The notes: generated by a model from the letters alone, not told the origin. A DNA stretch of 64,000 bases from Spongiibacteraceae bacterium (GCA_047602265.1 JASGHU010000001.1:3465702-3529701); one strand, 5' to 3'. Shown: positions 28,672 through 39,537, counted from the first letter of the stretch. A program made the numbers and translations.

Positions 28672-29388
28672 CTATAACGTGCCGCGTTTGATCGCGTGCT
28701 GCAGCTGACTCAATGTCACACTGCGCGCGATATTCTGACTCTTGCGAATATGCTCGATCATGGCTTTGCGCGCAGCGCGTGCATTGCGCGCACGAATCAT
28801 TTCGCACAGCTCGTAATGCTCGACGAAGGTTTCCATGATCGACTTGCGATCAGGAAAACCCAAGCGGCGTAAAATGCGGATGTGGTTGTTGACGTCTTCA
28901 AGGTATTCAACCAGAACAGGATTACCGCAACCGACCGCAATTTCAATGTGAAATGCTTCTTCGAGCGATTTGATTTCATCGACGTTGACTGCCTTTTTCG
29001 CCCGAGCGGGATTCCAGATTTCCATCAGCGCCGCGATATCCTCGTCGCTCATGCTTTCGCAGGCAAGCTCCACTGCGGCCGCCTCAAGATGCACGCGCAC
29101 ATCGTAATACTGACTGATTCTTTCGATATCCACCGCCCGCACGAAACACCCCTGTTTCGGCTGAATGATCACATGACCTTCCACTGCTAGGCGCTGTAAT
29201 GCAGCGCGCACCGGTGTGCGACTGACGTTGAAATCTTCGGCCAGCTCGGTTTCGGTGATACGCGTTCCCGGATAAATCTCGAATTCGAGGATTTTCTTGC
29301 GCAACTTTTCGTAAATTTTTTGCGATGAAAACTGCGTGGTGGACAAATCGGCTCTCCAAACGATAACAACATAGCGCGCGACAGACAC
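28672..29388 (-). CDS. GntR-family regulator with FCD domain
   Basis: 238 aa. wHTH ITETELAEDFNVSRTPVRAALQRLAVEGHVI plus a helical C-terminal domain. It is divergent from the hydrolase-permease-hydrolase genes. Confidence 0.85.
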   Translation of the reverse strand: MSVARYVVIVWRADLSTTQFSSQKIYEKLRKKILEFEIYPGTRITETELAEDFNVSRTPVRAALQRLAVEGHVIIQPKQGCFVRAVDIERISQYYDVRVHLEAAAVELACESMSDEDIAALMEIWNPARAKKAVNVDEIKSLEEAFHIEIAVGCGNPVLVEYLEDVNNHIRILRRLGFPDRKSIMETFVEHYELCEMIRARNARAARKAMIEHIRKSQNIARSVTLSQLQHAIKRGTL

Positions 29389-29703
29389 TTCGTGGCACGT
29401 TAAATCAGTCGGCCAACACTGTCAAAGTGCGCTCATTTTTAGCGCGCTCGCCTACTAATGAAGCATATCAGGCATTACTGAAAAGACTCATTTTCGCCTT
29501 CGCAGTCCGCATCATCGCGCTAACTCCACGGCATATCGGCATTTTTCCGCGAGCCTCAACAGCTCATGCCGATTGGCGTGACGCTTGCTATCGAAAGATT
29601 GTGCGTTGTATACATCGTCGTGCACATAGACATTTCGACAGCGATTGCGGGTTCCGAAATGCCGGTATTGTGAGTGTCGTTATTTCGCCATGGATGGCGA
29701 CTT

Positions 29704-29745
29704 TTTATGACGCCACACACACGATTTATGACGCCACGCGCACGA
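29704..29745 (+). promoter_or_regulatory. Two tandem 21-bp direct repeats upstream of the first cysteine hydrolase gene
   Basis: TTTATGACGCCACACACACGA / TTTATGACGCCACGCGCACGA (19 of 21 identical), about 50 bp upstream of the ATG at 29794. Confidence 0.4.
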
Positions 29746-29793
29746 CGCTGATTGCTGCAGCGCGTGACTGGACTCACCCGGATCGAGATCTCC

Positions 29794-30474
29794 ATGGCGA
29801 CAGTGACCGCAAAACCCTATCCATTCGAATTGACCCCGGCACAGTGTGCGCTGGTAATTATCGATATGCAGCGCGATTTTCTCGAACCCGGCGGCTTCGG
29901 CGATGCGCTCGGTAACGATGTCTCGCTGCTGCGCCGCACTATCGAACCCAATCAACATTTACTCGCAGCGGCACGTGCAGCAGGCATGCTGGTGATACAC
30001 ACGCGCGAAGGTCACCGACCCGATTTATCCGATTTACCACCGGCAAAAAAACGGCGCGGCAATCACGCAACCACCATCGGCGATGCAGGCCCGATGGGGC
30101 GCATTCTCGTACGCGGCGAAAGCGGCCACGACATTATTCCCGAACTCTACCCCATCGCCGGCGAGCCGATTATCGACAAGCCCGGTAAAGGCGCATTTTA
30201 CGCAACAGAACTCGAATCGATTCTGCGTCACAGCGATATCAAGCAATTGCTTGTCTGCGGCGTCACCACCGAAGTGTGCGTGAACACAACGGTGCGCGAA
30301 GGCAACGATCGCGGCTTCGATTGTCTTGTCGTCGAAGATTGTGTCGGTTCGTACTTTCCGGAATTTCAGGAAATGGGTTTAAAAATGATTGTCGCTCAAG
30401 GCGGCATTTTTGGCTGGGTTGGAAGTTCAAAAGACATTATCGATGTGTTGCGAAATGCGGTGAAAGCCGCGTGA
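29794..30474 (+). CDS. Isochorismatase-like cysteine hydrolase, paralogue 1 (biuret/guanylurea/N-carbamoylsarcosine amidase-type)
   Basis: Asp-Lys-Cys triad context: VIIDMQRDF, DKPGKGAFYAT, GVTTEVCVNTT. ATG 29794 is preferred over TTG 29752. Confidence 0.8.
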   Translation: MATVTAKPYPFELTPAQCALVIIDMQRDFLEPGGFGDALGNDVSLLRRTIEPNQHLLAAARAAGMLVIHTREGHRPDLSDLPPAKKRRGNHATTIGDAGPMGRILVRGESGHDIIPELYPIAGEPIIDKPGKGAFYATELESILRHSDIKQLLVCGVTTEVCVNTTVREGNDRGFDCLVVEDCVGSYFPEFQEMGLKMIVAQGGIFGWVGSSKDIIDVLRNAVKAA

Positions 30475-30502
30475 GAACAATTTAAATCTGGGGGATATTA
30501 CG

Positions 30503-32089
30503 ATGACCACTGCAAAACCTAAGTTATGGGTGCCGGGCGATTGGAATGCATTTTTCGGTTTCGGCACCAATATTCTCGTCAACTTACTGGTGCTCACAGG
30601 ACTGATGCGTTTCGTGCTGAAAATGCCAGATGATTTAGTTTTCGGTCGAATTCTTCCCGCCGTCGGTTTGATGCTGTGCTTGAGCACACTCTACTACGCC
30701 TATCTCGCTTATAAGCTCGCGAAGGAAACCGGACGCAACGATGTTTGCGCATTGCCTTCGGGTATCAGCGTGCCACATATGTTTGTCGTCGTGTTCGTCA
30801 TCATGTTGCCGATCGCTGCAACGACGGGCGATCCCGTCAAAGGCTGGGAGGCGGGATTGACGTGGGTATTCGTGCAAAGTTTTGTGTTGATGGTCGGCGG
30901 CTACATTGCGCCGTTCATTCGCAAAATTACGCCGCGCGCTGCGTTGCTCGGCACACTCGCCGGTGTTTCGATTGCATTTATTTCGCTACGCCCTGCACTC
31001 GAAATGTTTATGACGCCTGTGATCGGCGTTGTCTGCTTCTCAATTATTTTATTGAGCTGGTTCGGCGGTGTGCGCTATTTCAAAGGCATTCCAGCGGGTT
31101 TGATCGCCATCGCCGTCGGCACGTTGATCGCCTGGGGCTCGACTGCCGTTGGCTTGAACTATGGCGGTTTAACTCTCGCAAAACTTTCCGCTTCGATTGC
31201 GAGTTTCGGTTTTTCGATTCCGCTACCCGCTGTCAATCATGTATTCAGCGGCTTCGAATTTATCGGCGTGATTTTAGTCACCGCCATTCCGTTCGGCATT
31301 TACGATCTGGTCGAAGCGATGGATAACGTCGAGAGCGCAGCCGTCGCTGGCGATAGTTTTCCGACAACGCGCGTGCTCACCGCCGACGGTGTGATCAGTT
31401 TGATCGGCTGCCTGATGGGCAATCCATTTATTAACGCGGTTTATATTGGCCATCCCGGCTGGAAAGCGATGGGCGGACGCATCGGCTATTCCGCAGCAAC
31501 AGGTATCGCCGTGATTTTGTTGTGCTGGCTCGGCATTATTGCGGTGTTCTCATCGCTGATTCCCGTCGTTGCGATTTCACCGATTCTTTTATACATCGGC
31601 ATGCTGATCGGTTCCCAAGCATTTCAGGAATCGCCGAAGAGTCATGCGCCTGCGATTATCGTTTCGCTGATGCCGCATCTCGCTGCCTGGGGAAAATTAC
31701 AAATCGATAATGTGCTTGGTGCTGCCGGCACTAACGCTGCGACTGTGGGGCTCGATAAACTCGCGCAAACCGGCGTGCTCTATCACGGGCTCGAAGTGCT
31801 CGGCGGCGGCGCGATTCTCGGCGGCCTTATGCTCGGCGCAATCACGGCCTTCATCATCGATCGTCAATTCGCCAAAGCCTCCGCGTTTGCTCTCGCATCG
31901 GCCGCACTCACCTTCTTCGGTTTCATGCACGGCGAAGCGATCGGCATCGGCCAAACACCGACGGTTGCCTGCGCGTATGTGCTTGTCGCTGCGATTCTCT
32001 TCGCGTGCGAAAAATTCGCGATCGTCGAGAAGAAAATTCACGATAGTTTTGACAATCATGCGGGCGATCACAGCCATGCGAGTGCGTGA
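30503..32089 (+). CDS. Polytopic permease, AzgA/NCS2 (xanthine/uracil/vitamin C permease)-like
   Basis: 528 aa with about 12-14 hydrophobic segments. The family assignment is by general resemblance only. Confidence 0.7.
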   Translation: MTTAKPKLWVPGDWNAFFGFGTNILVNLLVLTGLMRFVLKMPDDLVFGRILPAVGLMLCLSTLYYAYLAYKLAKETGRNDVCALPSGISVPHMFVVVFVIMLPIAATTGDPVKGWEAGLTWVFVQSFVLMVGGYIAPFIRKITPRAALLGTLAGVSIAFISLRPALEMFMTPVIGVVCFSIILLSWFGGVRYFKGIPAGLIAIAVGTLIAWGSTAVGLNYGGLTLAKLSASIASFGFSIPLPAVNHVFSGFEFIGVILVTAIPFGIYDLVEAMDNVESAAVAGDSFPTTRVLTADGVISLIGCLMGNPFINAVYIGHPGWKAMGGRIGYSAATGIAVILLCWLGIIAVFSSLIPVVAISPILLYIGMLIGSQAFQESPKSHAPAIIVSLMPHLAAWGKLQIDNVLGAAGTNAATVGLDKLAQTGVLYHGLEVLGGGAILGGLMLGAITAFIIDRQFAKASAFALASAALTFFGFMHGEAIGIGQTPTVACAYVLVAAILFACEKFAIVEKKIHDSFDNHAGDHSHASA

Positions 32090-32090
32090 A

Positions 32091-32780
32091 ATGAAAGAAA
32101 TCTATTTAAAAAGTGATCCTTATCCGTGGCCGTACGATGGCGATCTACGGCCCGACAACACCGCGCTGATCATTATCGATATGCAAACGGATTTCTGCGG
32201 CAAGGGCGGTTATGTCGACAGCATGGGCTACGATATTTCGCTCACGCGCAAACCGATTCAGCCGATAAAAAATGTGCTCGAAGCGATGCGCGCTCGCGGA
32301 TTTTTAATTATTCACACGCGCGAAGGTCATCGCACCGATCTATCGGATTTGCCGGCAAATAAACGCTGGCGCTCGCGCAAAATCGGCGCAGGTATCGGTG
32401 ATCCCGGGCCATGTGGAAAAATTCTCGTACGCGGTGAACCGGGTTGGGACATTATCCCCGAACTGTATCCTATCGCTGGCGAGCCAATTATCGATAAGCC
32501 GGGCAAAGGCTCGTTCTGCGCGACCGATCTCGAATTGGTTCTGCACACGAAAGGCATTCGCAACATTATTCTGACCGGAATCACCACCGATGTGTGCGTG
32601 CATACGACAATGCGCGAGGGCAACGATCGCGGTTTCGAATGCGTGCTGCTGCACGATTGCTGCGGTGCGACCGATCAGAAAAATCACGATGCTGCATTGC
32701 AGATGATCAAGATGCAGGGCGGTGTATTCGGCGCTGTCAGCAGCTCAACGGATTTGATTGCCGCACTCAATGCCGGCTAA
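32091..32780 (+). CDS. Isochorismatase-like cysteine hydrolase, paralogue 2
   Basis: Carries [20 protein letters not shown] and [11 protein letters not shown], and shares the 21-aa block [21 protein letters not shown] with paralogue 1. The ATG at 32091 lies 1 nt after the permease stop. Confidence 0.85.
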   Translation: MKEIYLKSDPYPWPYDGDLRPDNTALIIIDMQTDFCGKGGYVDSMGYDISLTRKPIQPIKNVLEAMRARGFLIIHTREGHRTDLSDLPANKRWRSRKIGAGIGDPGPCGKILVRGEPGWDIIPELYPIAGEPIIDKPGKGSFCATDLELVLHTKGIRNIILTGITTDVCVHTTMREGNDRGFECVLLHDCCGATDQKNHDAALQMIKMQGGVFGAVSSSTDLIAALNAG

Positions 32781-32817
32781 ATCACGCCAATTAACCAGCG
32801 TAAACGGATGATGTTGT

Positions 32818-33174
32818 GTGGACGAAAATATTGCACCGATCGTATGGCCAAACCTTATCGAGATCGATCCCAATAATGAGGATTTAGTGTGGGAAACGCT
32901 CCAACCCGGTGTGACGATTGCCATGCTGCACGGCGATCGCCATGTCGGCTGCTCCGCCGCGCTATTGTTGTATCAACCTAACACGTCGATTCCACCGCAC
33001 ACGCATACCGGTCACGAACATTTATTGATTCTACGTGGCAGTCAAAGCGACGAGCACGGCACCTATCGTCAGGGCACATTTCTGATCAACAAACCTGCTG
33101 GCGGTCATCGCGTCAGCAGCATCGAAGGCTGCCTGGTACTTGCCGTGTGGGAAGCGCCCGTTAAGTTCACCTAG
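32818..33174 (+). CDS. Cupin-domain protein (ChrR-like cupin)
   Basis: 118 aa with the His-rich cupin motif PPHTHTGHEHLLILRG. Confidence 0.55.
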   Translation: MDENIAPIVWPNLIEIDPNNEDLVWETLQPGVTIAMLHGDRHVGCSAALLLYQPNTSIPPHTHTGHEHLLILRGSQSDEHGTYRQGTFLINKPAGGHRVSSIEGCLVLAVWEAPVKFT

Positions 33175-33302
33175 CGGCATTCGTTTAAAATTTTGACGAA
33201 ACTCACACCTTTAGTACGCGGGAAGCACGGATGCAACTCTTGTGCGCCGATGTACTCTTGCGCCATGATGGCGCCTCATAAAAATCAAAGGGAGGTGATG
33301 TC

Positions 33303-33701
33303 ATGAATATTCCATTATTTTGTGTCGCGGCACTCGGCTTTCTAACGATCGCACTTGGCTTTAACGTCAGCATGGCGCGCGCCAGTACGCGCATCATTAT
33401 CGGCCAACCCAACGATCCGAGCAGCCGCTTATTCAAAGCCATTCGCGCGCACGGCAATACCACTGAATACGCACCTGCGTTAATGGTAGTGATCTACGCA
33501 CTGAGTCAACGCGCTGTCGCCGGCTGGGTAGTGTGGTCGATGATCGGCGTTACCTGCTCGCGCTATTTGATCGCAAGCGGTTTGCTGTTATCGAAAACGC
33601 TGGAAAAACCCAATCCGCTGCGCGCACTCGGCGCTTTGGGGACTTATATTTTCGGATTGGCGCTGTGTTTCGCTCTCGGCATCTACGCATTCGCCGCGTA
33701 G
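33303..33701 (+). CDS. MAPEG-family membrane protein
   Basis: 132 aa with 3-4 TM helices and a RAHGNTTEYAP motif resembling the MAPEG R-x-H-x-N-x-E signature. Confidence 0.6.
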   Translation: MNIPLFCVAALGFLTIALGFNVSMARASTRIIIGQPNDPSSRLFKAIRAHGNTTEYAPALMVVIYALSQRAVAGWVVWSMIGVTCSRYLIASGLLLSKTLEKPNPLRALGALGTYIFGLALCFALGIYAFAA

Positions 33702-33733
33702 TTGAGATCGTTAAGCCGCAATGGAAATCCCAT

Positions 33734-33773
33734 AAAAAAACCTCGATGAGCACGATACTCATCGAGGTTTTTA
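33734..33773. terminator. Bidirectional rho-independent terminator
   Basis: AAAAAACCTCGATGAG-cacgata-CTCATCGAGGTTTTT, between convergent genes. Confidence 0.8.
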
Positions 33774-33787
33774 AATTCGTAAATTAT

Positions 33788-34459
33788 TTAGAAACGATAA
33801 CCCAAACCGAAACTGATGACTGGCCAATGTTTGTAATCGGAGACTTCGTCGTTTAAGTCATCTTCTTCCGCTTGAACATTCGACTGCAATTGACTGCATT
33901 GCGGAGCCGACAACGACGCGCCGCAGGTACCATTCAATTTCACGTCGGGACTGCCTTGAAACACCACGCCAATATCGGCGACGAAATGGAAATTGCCGTT
34001 CTTACCGGCAACATTTCCCCAGCCGATGCCTAAATACGGAGCCGTTGATTTGAAATCGACGGTACCATCCAGTGTTCCAAGCTGGCTTGACGTATACGTC
34101 GTTCCGTTTATCGTCACCGACTGGTTAGCTTTGGCTTCAACATCGATTTTATTACGATTTGCGATCATGCCCGCCGTAAGACGAAAGCTACCGCTGAATG
34201 GATGCCAATCGAGCATCAACTCACCACCGCCAATTTTGGCTTCGGCATCGTAATTCACATCATCTGTATCAACGTCGGTATCGTAATTAAAAGCCGTATA
34301 GCCAAGACGTGCGGTGAGATTCTCGGTAACGCCGTAACCGATGCCACCACCAAAACCGAACGTACCCGCCTTGGCGTAAATACCGAATTCAGCATGAGCC
34401 AACAGTGGCGCGCAGAGCGCAGTAGCAAGCAATGAGGCTTTGAGAGATTTGAGTTGCAT
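33788..34459 (-). CDS. Small outer-membrane beta-barrel protein
   Basis: 223 aa. Signal peptide ends ...CAPLLAHA, the sequence has a Gly/aromatic-rich alternating pattern, and it ends GLGYRF. Confidence 0.7.
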   Translation of the reverse strand: MQLKSLKASLLATALCAPLLAHAEFGIYAKAGTFGFGGGIGYGVTENLTARLGYTAFNYDTDVDTDDVNYDAEAKIGGGELMLDWHPFSGSFRLTAGMIANRNKIDVEAKANQSVTINGTTYTSSQLGTLDGTVDFKSTAPYLGIGWGNVAGKNGNFHFVADIGVVFQGSPDVKLNGTCGASLSAPQCSQLQSNVQAEEDDLNDEVSDYKHWPVISFGLGYRF

Positions 34460-34596
34460 GGCCGATTCCTTGTTCGATGTTTGGGTATGGAGGTACTACA
34501 ACGATGTATCAAGGGTAGACGGCTCTTTCGCGCCGTCAAATCCATTGGCTACTCGATATACCCGAACACCGCATATGAACTTTCGGCCATTAACAA

Positions 34597-35163
34597 TCAG
34601 GCTGCGATCAATAACGCACTGCCGACAACCGTCAGCAATGCGCCCATTTCGCGATATATATTAACGTTGGTTTTCGATAACAAATTTGCAATAACGAGAC
34701 CCAACCCATGCAGCAGCGCGGTGGCAGCTAACATACCGATACCCGTTGCAATGGGCGCCGAGCCCGACAATTCAGTGCCGTGCGCCAGCCCATGCAACGC
34801 AGCAAATATCGCGACCACACTCAACTGAATGGCAAACGGCATCGTGATCTGTAACAAAAACATCACACCGAGTGCGATCAGGCCAGCGGCGATGCCACTC
34901 TCGATTGCGCCGAACGTTAAACCCGCAACCGCGCTCAGCCAGCCAATCGCCATCGCACTCAAAAACGCGAGCGGCAATTGCCAACGCGCGCTGCCACCGA
35001 TGCGCCCGGCGAAGATACCGACACACAACATCATCAACAAATGATCGACACCCGTAAATGGGTGTGCGAACGCCGACAGAAAACTCTCGCCGTGACCCGG
35101 ATGCGCGAATGCAAACGACGGCAGACAAAACAATGCTGCACCGATCATTTTTTTGTTCATCAT
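34597..35163 (-). CDS. ureJ: HupE/UreJ-family nickel transporter/accessory membrane protein
   Basis: 188 aa. Signal sequence followed by AHPGHG...HPFTGVDHLLMMLCVG, the hallmark of this family. It lies 18 nt downstream of ureG. Confidence 0.85.
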   Translation of the reverse strand: MMNKKMIGAALFCLPSFAFAHPGHGESFLSAFAHPFTGVDHLLMMLCVGIFAGRIGGSARWQLPLAFLSAMAIGWLSAVAGLTFGAIESGIAAGLIALGVMFLLQITMPFAIQLSVVAIFAALHGLAHGTELSGSAPIATGIGMLAATALLHGLGLVIANLLSKTNVNIYREMGALLTVVGSALLIAA

Positions 35164-35181
35164 TAAACTCTCGCTCGTTAA

Positions 35182-35796
35182 TTAATGTTTCATCAGGCCG
35201 CGCGTTTCGATGAAACGCACAATATCTTCCAGGCCCTGACCGGATTTTAAATTGCTGAATAAAAACGGGCGCTCACCGCGCATGCGTTTGGCATCGCGAT
35301 CCATCACTTCGAGCGATGCACCCACCATCGGCGCGAGATCAATTTTATTGATGACAAGCAAATCCGATTTGGTAATGCCGGGTCCGCCCTTACGCGGAAT
35401 TTTTTCGCCTGCGGCCACATCGATCACGTAAATCGTTAAATCGGATAATTCGGGACTGAATGTCGCCGCAAGATTATCGCCGCCGCTTTCGACAAACACG
35501 ATATCGAGCGCTTCAAAACGATTGCACAACTGCGCCACCGCCTCGAGATTCATCGACGCATCTTCGCGAATCGCGGTATGCGGGCAGCCGCCTGTTTCCA
35601 CGCCGATAATGCGCTCGGGCACAAGCGCTTCGTTGCGCGTGAGAAACTCCGCGTCTTCTTTTGTGTAAATATCGTTGGTGACCACCGCGATGTTATAAAC
35701 CTCGCGTAAACGTTTACAGAGCGATAAGGTCAATGCTGTTTTTCCGGAGCCGACCGGGCCACCGATACCGACGCGGAGGGGTTCGTTACTTGCCAT
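35182..35796 (-). CDS. ureG: Urease accessory GTPase UreG
   Basis: P-loop [22 protein letters not shown] and ESGGDNL motifs. Confidence 0.95.
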   Translation of the reverse strand: MASNEPLRVGIGGPVGSGKTALTLSLCKRLREVYNIAVVTNDIYTKEDAEFLTRNEALVPERIIGVETGGCPHTAIREDASMNLEAVAQLCNRFEALDIVFVESGGDNLAATFSPELSDLTIYVIDVAAGEKIPRKGGPGITKSDLLVINKIDLAPMVGASLEVMDRDAKRMRGERPFLFSNLKSGQGLEDIVRFIETRGLMKH

Positions 35797-35823
35797 ATTT
35801 TTCGATCACCTATTTTTCAATAA

Positions 35824-36540
35824 TTACGAACGAAATAATCTGCTGTACTGCGTTTCATGCCTTGCACCTGCAATCGACAAGCCCGGTGCAAAATTGCTGA
35901 TTTCATCATCCCCCAGCGCACATGCGGTTTGTACCGCCGCAGGAATTCTTGCGCCAAGCTCTAGCAACATGCGCTGACCCGCGACTTGACCGAGCGGCAC
36001 CGCTTTCATCGCCGCGCTGACCTGATTTTCAATCCACGACCACAAAAATGCATGCAATGAACTGTGCATGGGAATCTGCCACACCGAGGTAGCGCACGCG
36101 TATGCCAATGAAAACGATACGGGCACGAAGCGTTCAATCAACATCAGCGCATCGGTGTCGAGATCGATATCATCGAGCAAGCGCACCAGCGAATAACCCA
36201 TCTGCAATGTTTCGGCGCGCGCTTCGGCGGTATCGCGGCCCGCGCAGTAATAACTGTTCCAGTATTTCAGCGCGGCCAGATCTTTTTTGTCCCACGCCTT
36301 GCGCATACGCCATAACACCGGCAATTCGAAACGGCACATGTAGGTTTCGATCACATCACCAATCCAAACCGCCGCACTGCTGGCATCGGTCACGGTTTGA
36401 GTTTCGATCGCCCATTCCAGCCCTTGCGAATACGCATATGCACCGACCGGCAACATCGGACTCGCCAATTGCAATAATCGGCTGAGATCATTTGGCTCCA
36501 GTGCAATTGCGTATTGCGCTTTAGCTGTCATAGCGATCAA
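35824..36540 (-). CDS. ureF: Urease accessory protein UreF
   Basis: 238 aa. Carries LLQLASPMLPVGAYAYSQGLE, typical of UreF, and has the right position in the operon. Confidence 0.9.
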   Translation of the reverse strand: MIAMTAKAQYAIALEPNDLSRLLQLASPMLPVGAYAYSQGLEWAIETQTVTDASSAAVWIGDVIETYMCRFELPVLWRMRKAWDKKDLAALKYWNSYYCAGRDTAEARAETLQMGYSLVRLLDDIDLDTDALMLIERFVPVSFSLAYACATSVWQIPMHSSLHAFLWSWIENQVSAAMKAVPLGQVAGQRMLLELGARIPAAVQTACALGDDEISNFAPGLSIAGARHETQYSRLFRS

Positions 36541-37019
36541 TGCTCGTGATGGTGATGATGTCCTCCGCCATACGCACCGGCTTCCGGTTCGAATGGCGCC
36601 GATTCTTCAACCACATGCATACTCAAACCGAGCAGCATGGCTTTCAATACATGATCCTGTTCAAGCCGAAGCCAGCCGTCGCCGATTTGCAGCGGCACAT
36701 GGCGATTGGCGAGGTGATAAACCGCTCGCAATAATTGCTGTGAATTGTTGGCGGTTACCTTCATCACAGTTTCGTTCGCAGCGACGACTTTAATCACGCG
36801 CCCGTCACCCGAGCGCAGAAAATCGCCGCCGCGCAAAATCGTTCCGCGCTCCAACATCAGCGCCGCTTCGATGCCGGATTTCAGCGTGACACGCAAACGG
36901 CTTTTCTGACGTAAATCGAAGGGCAAAATCAATTCATCATCGAAATACTCGATTGGCTCGATGCGTTCGGTGATTTGTAAAAGCATTGTGATCATTGTGC
37001 TTGTGTTCTCATCGAGCAC
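36537..37019 (-). CDS. ureE: Urease accessory metallochaperone UreE
   Basis: 160 aa with a His-rich tail (GGGHHHHHEH). 4-nt overlap with ureF. The start may be an internal ATG. Confidence 0.9.
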   Translation of the reverse strand: MLDENTSTMITMLLQITERIEPIEYFDDELILPFDLRQKSRLRVTLKSGIEAALMLERGTILRGGDFLRSGDGRVIKVVAANETVMKVTANNSQQLLRAVYHLANRHVPLQIGDGWLRLEQDHVLKAMLLGLSMHVVEESAPFEPEAGAYGGGHHHHHEH

Positions 37020-38723
37020 CTAAAACAAAAAATACCGTTGTGTCATCGGCAACGATTGCGCCGGCTCGCACGTCAGCAACTCGCCATCGGCGCGCACGAT
37101 ATACGTTTCGGGATCGACATCGATGTGCGGCTGATAATCGTTGAGCACCATATCTTTCTTGCGCACGGTGCGCGTTCCACTCACTGCGACGAGGGGCTTT
37201 TTCAAATTCAGTGCAGCGACCTGCGGATTATTCAACGCCGCTTGCGACACGAAGGTCACCGAGGTTTTTAATCCGCCGCCGAATGAGCCGAACATCGGGC
37301 GATAATGCACCGGCTGCGGAGTTGGAATCGACGCATTGGGATCGCCCATTGCCGCTGCTGCGATGAATCCGCCTTTAATAATTAATGACGGTTTAACTCC
37401 GAAGAATGCGGGCTTCCACAACACGAGATCGGCGAGCTTACCGACTTCGACTGAACCGACTGTGTGCGCAATTCCGTGCGTGAGCGCCGGGTTCATCGTG
37501 TATTTTGCGATGTAACGTTTGATACGGAAATTGTCGTTGCCGCTCACGTCCTGCTTGAGCGAACCGCGCTGCATTTTCATTTTGTGCGCAGTCTGCCAGG
37601 TACGAATAATCACTTCACCGACGCGACCCATCGCCTGTGAATCCGACGACATCATCGAGAACGCGCCGAGGTCATGCAGAATATCTTCGGCGGCAATCGT
37701 TTCGCGGCGAATGCGTGATTCGGCAAACGCGATATCTTCGGCAATCGCGGGATCGAGATGGTGACACACCATCAACATATCCAAATGTTCGTCGATGGTA
37801 TTTACCGTGTAAGGACGCGTCGGATTGGTCGACGACGGCAATACGTTCGCGTAACCCGCCGCTTTAATAATATCGGGCGCGTGACCGCCGCCCGCGCCTT
37901 CGGTGTGGAATGTATGAATCGTGCGATCTTTAAATGCCGCAATCGTGGTTTCAACAAAACCGGATTCGTTAAGCGTGTCAGTGTGAATCGCCACCTGCGT
38001 GTCAGTCGCTTCGGCAACACTCAAACAATTATCGATCGCTGCGGGTGTCGTGCCCCAATCCTCGTGCAATTTCAAACCGATGGCACCCGCTTCGATTTGT
38101 TCGGTGAGCGGCCCCGGTAAACTCGCGTTGCCCTTGCCGAGAAAACCCAAATTCATCGGAAATGCATCGGCCGCTTCGAGCATGCGATGCATGTACCACG
38201 GCCCTGGCGTACACGTGGTGGCGAAGGTGCCTGTCGCGGGACCAGTGCCGCCACCAATCATCGTGGTGACGCCGGACATCAACGCTTCTTCGATTTGTTG
38301 CGGGCAAATAAAATGAATATGCGAATCGATTCCGCCTGCCGTGATAATCGAACCTTCGCCCGCGATAATTTCAGTGCCTGCGCCGATCGGAATCGTCACG
38401 CCCGGTTGAATATCGGGATTGCCCGCTTTACCGATCGCAGAAATTTTTCCGTTCTTGATACCGATATCTGCTTTGACGATGCCCCAGTAATCAATAATCA
38501 CCGCGTTGGTGATGACGGTATCGGCGACTTGCGCAGAGAGCAATTGCCCCTGCCCCATGCCGTCGCGAATGACTTTGCCGCCGCCGAATTTCACTTCTTC
38601 GCCATAGATCGTGAAATCTTTTTCGATTTCGATCCACAAATCAGTATCGGCGAGACGCACTTTGTCGCCGACGGTGGGACCGAACATTTCGGCATAGGCT
38701 TGGCGCGATATTTTTCTACTCAT
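37020..38723 (-). CDS. ureC: Urease alpha subunit UreC
   Basis: 567 aa. Carries [37 protein letters not shown], the carbamylated-Lys region GLKLHEDWG, and MVCHHL. Confidence 0.97.
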   Translation of the reverse strand: MSRKISRQAYAEMFGPTVGDKVRLADTDLWIEIEKDFTIYGEEVKFGGGKVIRDGMGQGQLLSAQVADTVITNAVIIDYWGIVKADIGIKNGKISAIGKAGNPDIQPGVTIPIGAGTEIIAGEGSIITAGGIDSHIHFICPQQIEEALMSGVTTMIGGGTGPATGTFATTCTPGPWYMHRMLEAADAFPMNLGFLGKGNASLPGPLTEQIEAGAIGLKLHEDWGTTPAAIDNCLSVAEATDTQVAIHTDTLNESGFVETTIAAFKDRTIHTFHTEGAGGGHAPDIIKAAGYANVLPSSTNPTRPYTVNTIDEHLDMLMVCHHLDPAIAEDIAFAESRIRRETIAAEDILHDLGAFSMMSSDSQAMGRVGEVIIRTWQTAHKMKMQRGSLKQDVSGNDNFRIKRYIAKYTMNPALTHGIAHTVGSVEVGKLADLVLWKPAFFGVKPSLIIKGGFIAAAAMGDPNASIPTPQPVHYRPMFGSFGGGLKTSVTFVSQAALNNPQVAALNLKKPLVAVSGTRTVRKKDMVLNDYQPHIDVDPETYIVRADGELLTCEPAQSLPMTQRYFLF

Positions 38724-38735
38724 GGTAGGTTTTTC

Positions 38736-39044
38736 TCACTTCAACTTGCCCATCACGCGACCGGCAAAACCATAAACGACGCGATCACCCGCGAGTGCAA
38801 CCAATTGCACCGTGCGCGTTTGACCCGGTTCGAAACGCACCGCGGTTCCTGCGGCAATATCCAAACGAAATCCATACGCTTTTTCGCGATCGAACGCGAG
38901 CGCGTCGTTGGTTTCGAAAAAATGATAATGCGAGCCGACTTGAATCGGGCGATCGCCCGTATTCGCCACTTCGATTTCCACCGTCGCGCGACCGACATTC
39001 AATTCGATGTCGCCTGCTGCAATTTGCATTTCACCTGGGATCAT
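38736..39044 (-). CDS. ureB: Urease beta subunit UreB
   Basis: 102 aa. MIPGE...[19 protein letters not shown]. Confidence 0.95.
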   Translation of the reverse strand: MIPGEMQIAAGDIELNVGRATVEIEVANTGDRPIQVGSHYHFFETNDALAFDREKAYGFRLDIAAGTAVRFEPGQTRTVQLVALAGDRVVYGFAGRVMGKLK

Positions 39045-39062
39045 GGAGCCTCCAATATTTTT

Positions 39063-39184
39063 CCCTCTCCCGTTCGGGGAGAGGGATTAAGGGAGAGGGC
39101 TTACGAAGTTTAAAAGTATCAATTGAAATAATTTCAACATCGCTGCCCTCTCCCCTGCCCCTCTCCCCAAATGGGAGAGGGGAG
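39063..39184. repeat. Composite palindromic (REP/MITE-like) element, copy A, filling the ureA-ureB spacer
   Basis: CCCTCTCCCgttcgGGGAGAGGGattaaGGGAGAGGGC ... GCCCTCTCCCCtgCCCCTCTCCCCaaatGGGAGAGGGGAG. The arms are mutually inverted. Confidence 0.9.
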
Positions 39185-39187
39185 TCT

Positions 39188-39490
39188 TTATGGTATCGGA
39201 TGATGCACCGTCACCAATTTCGTACCATCTGGAAACGTCGCCTCGACTTGAATTTCGGGAATCATTTCCGCGACGCCTTCCATCACATCATCGCGCGACA
39301 ATAATGTCGCGCCATGGCCCATGAGCTGCGCCACGGTCATACCATCGCGCGCGCCTTCCATAATCGCAGCGGTAATAAACGCGACCGCTTCCGGGTAATT
39401 CAATTTGAGACCGCGCGCTTTTCTACGCTCGGCTAATAGCGCTGCGGTAAAAATCAGCAGCTTGTCTTTTTCTCTGGGTGTCAGTTCCAT
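39188..39490 (-). CDS. ureA: Urease gamma subunit UreA
   Basis: 100 aa. [35 protein letters not shown]. Confidence 0.95.
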   Translation of the reverse strand: MELTPREKDKLLIFTAALLAERRKARGLKLNYPEAVAFITAAIMEGARDGMTVAQLMGHGATLLSRDDVMEGVAEMIPEIQVEATFPDGTKLVTVHHPIP

Positions 39491-39537
39491 GCGTCTGTCT
39501 TTTTTGCAATGAGCGTTAATTTTTTAGGAAAAATGAA

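Noticed and set aside
29700-29750. Possible guanidine-II (mini-ykkC) riboswitch, because of two ACGA motifs in the direct repeats
   Set aside because: The bases flanking the ACGA sequences are not complementary, so there are no GC-rich stems closing a tetraloop. The hallmark paired hairpins cannot form.
31710-32090. N-terminal 127-codon extension of the second cysteine hydrolase ORF
   Set aside because: It overlaps the permease gene in another frame and reads as low-complexity Ser/Arg/Ala. The ATG at 32091 aligns with the N-terminus of paralogue 1.
38187-39113. 308-aa plus-strand ORF spanning ureC/ureB and running into the repeat element
   Set aside because: It is antisense to the highly conserved urease subunits. 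Its C-terminal part merely translates the palindromic repeat.
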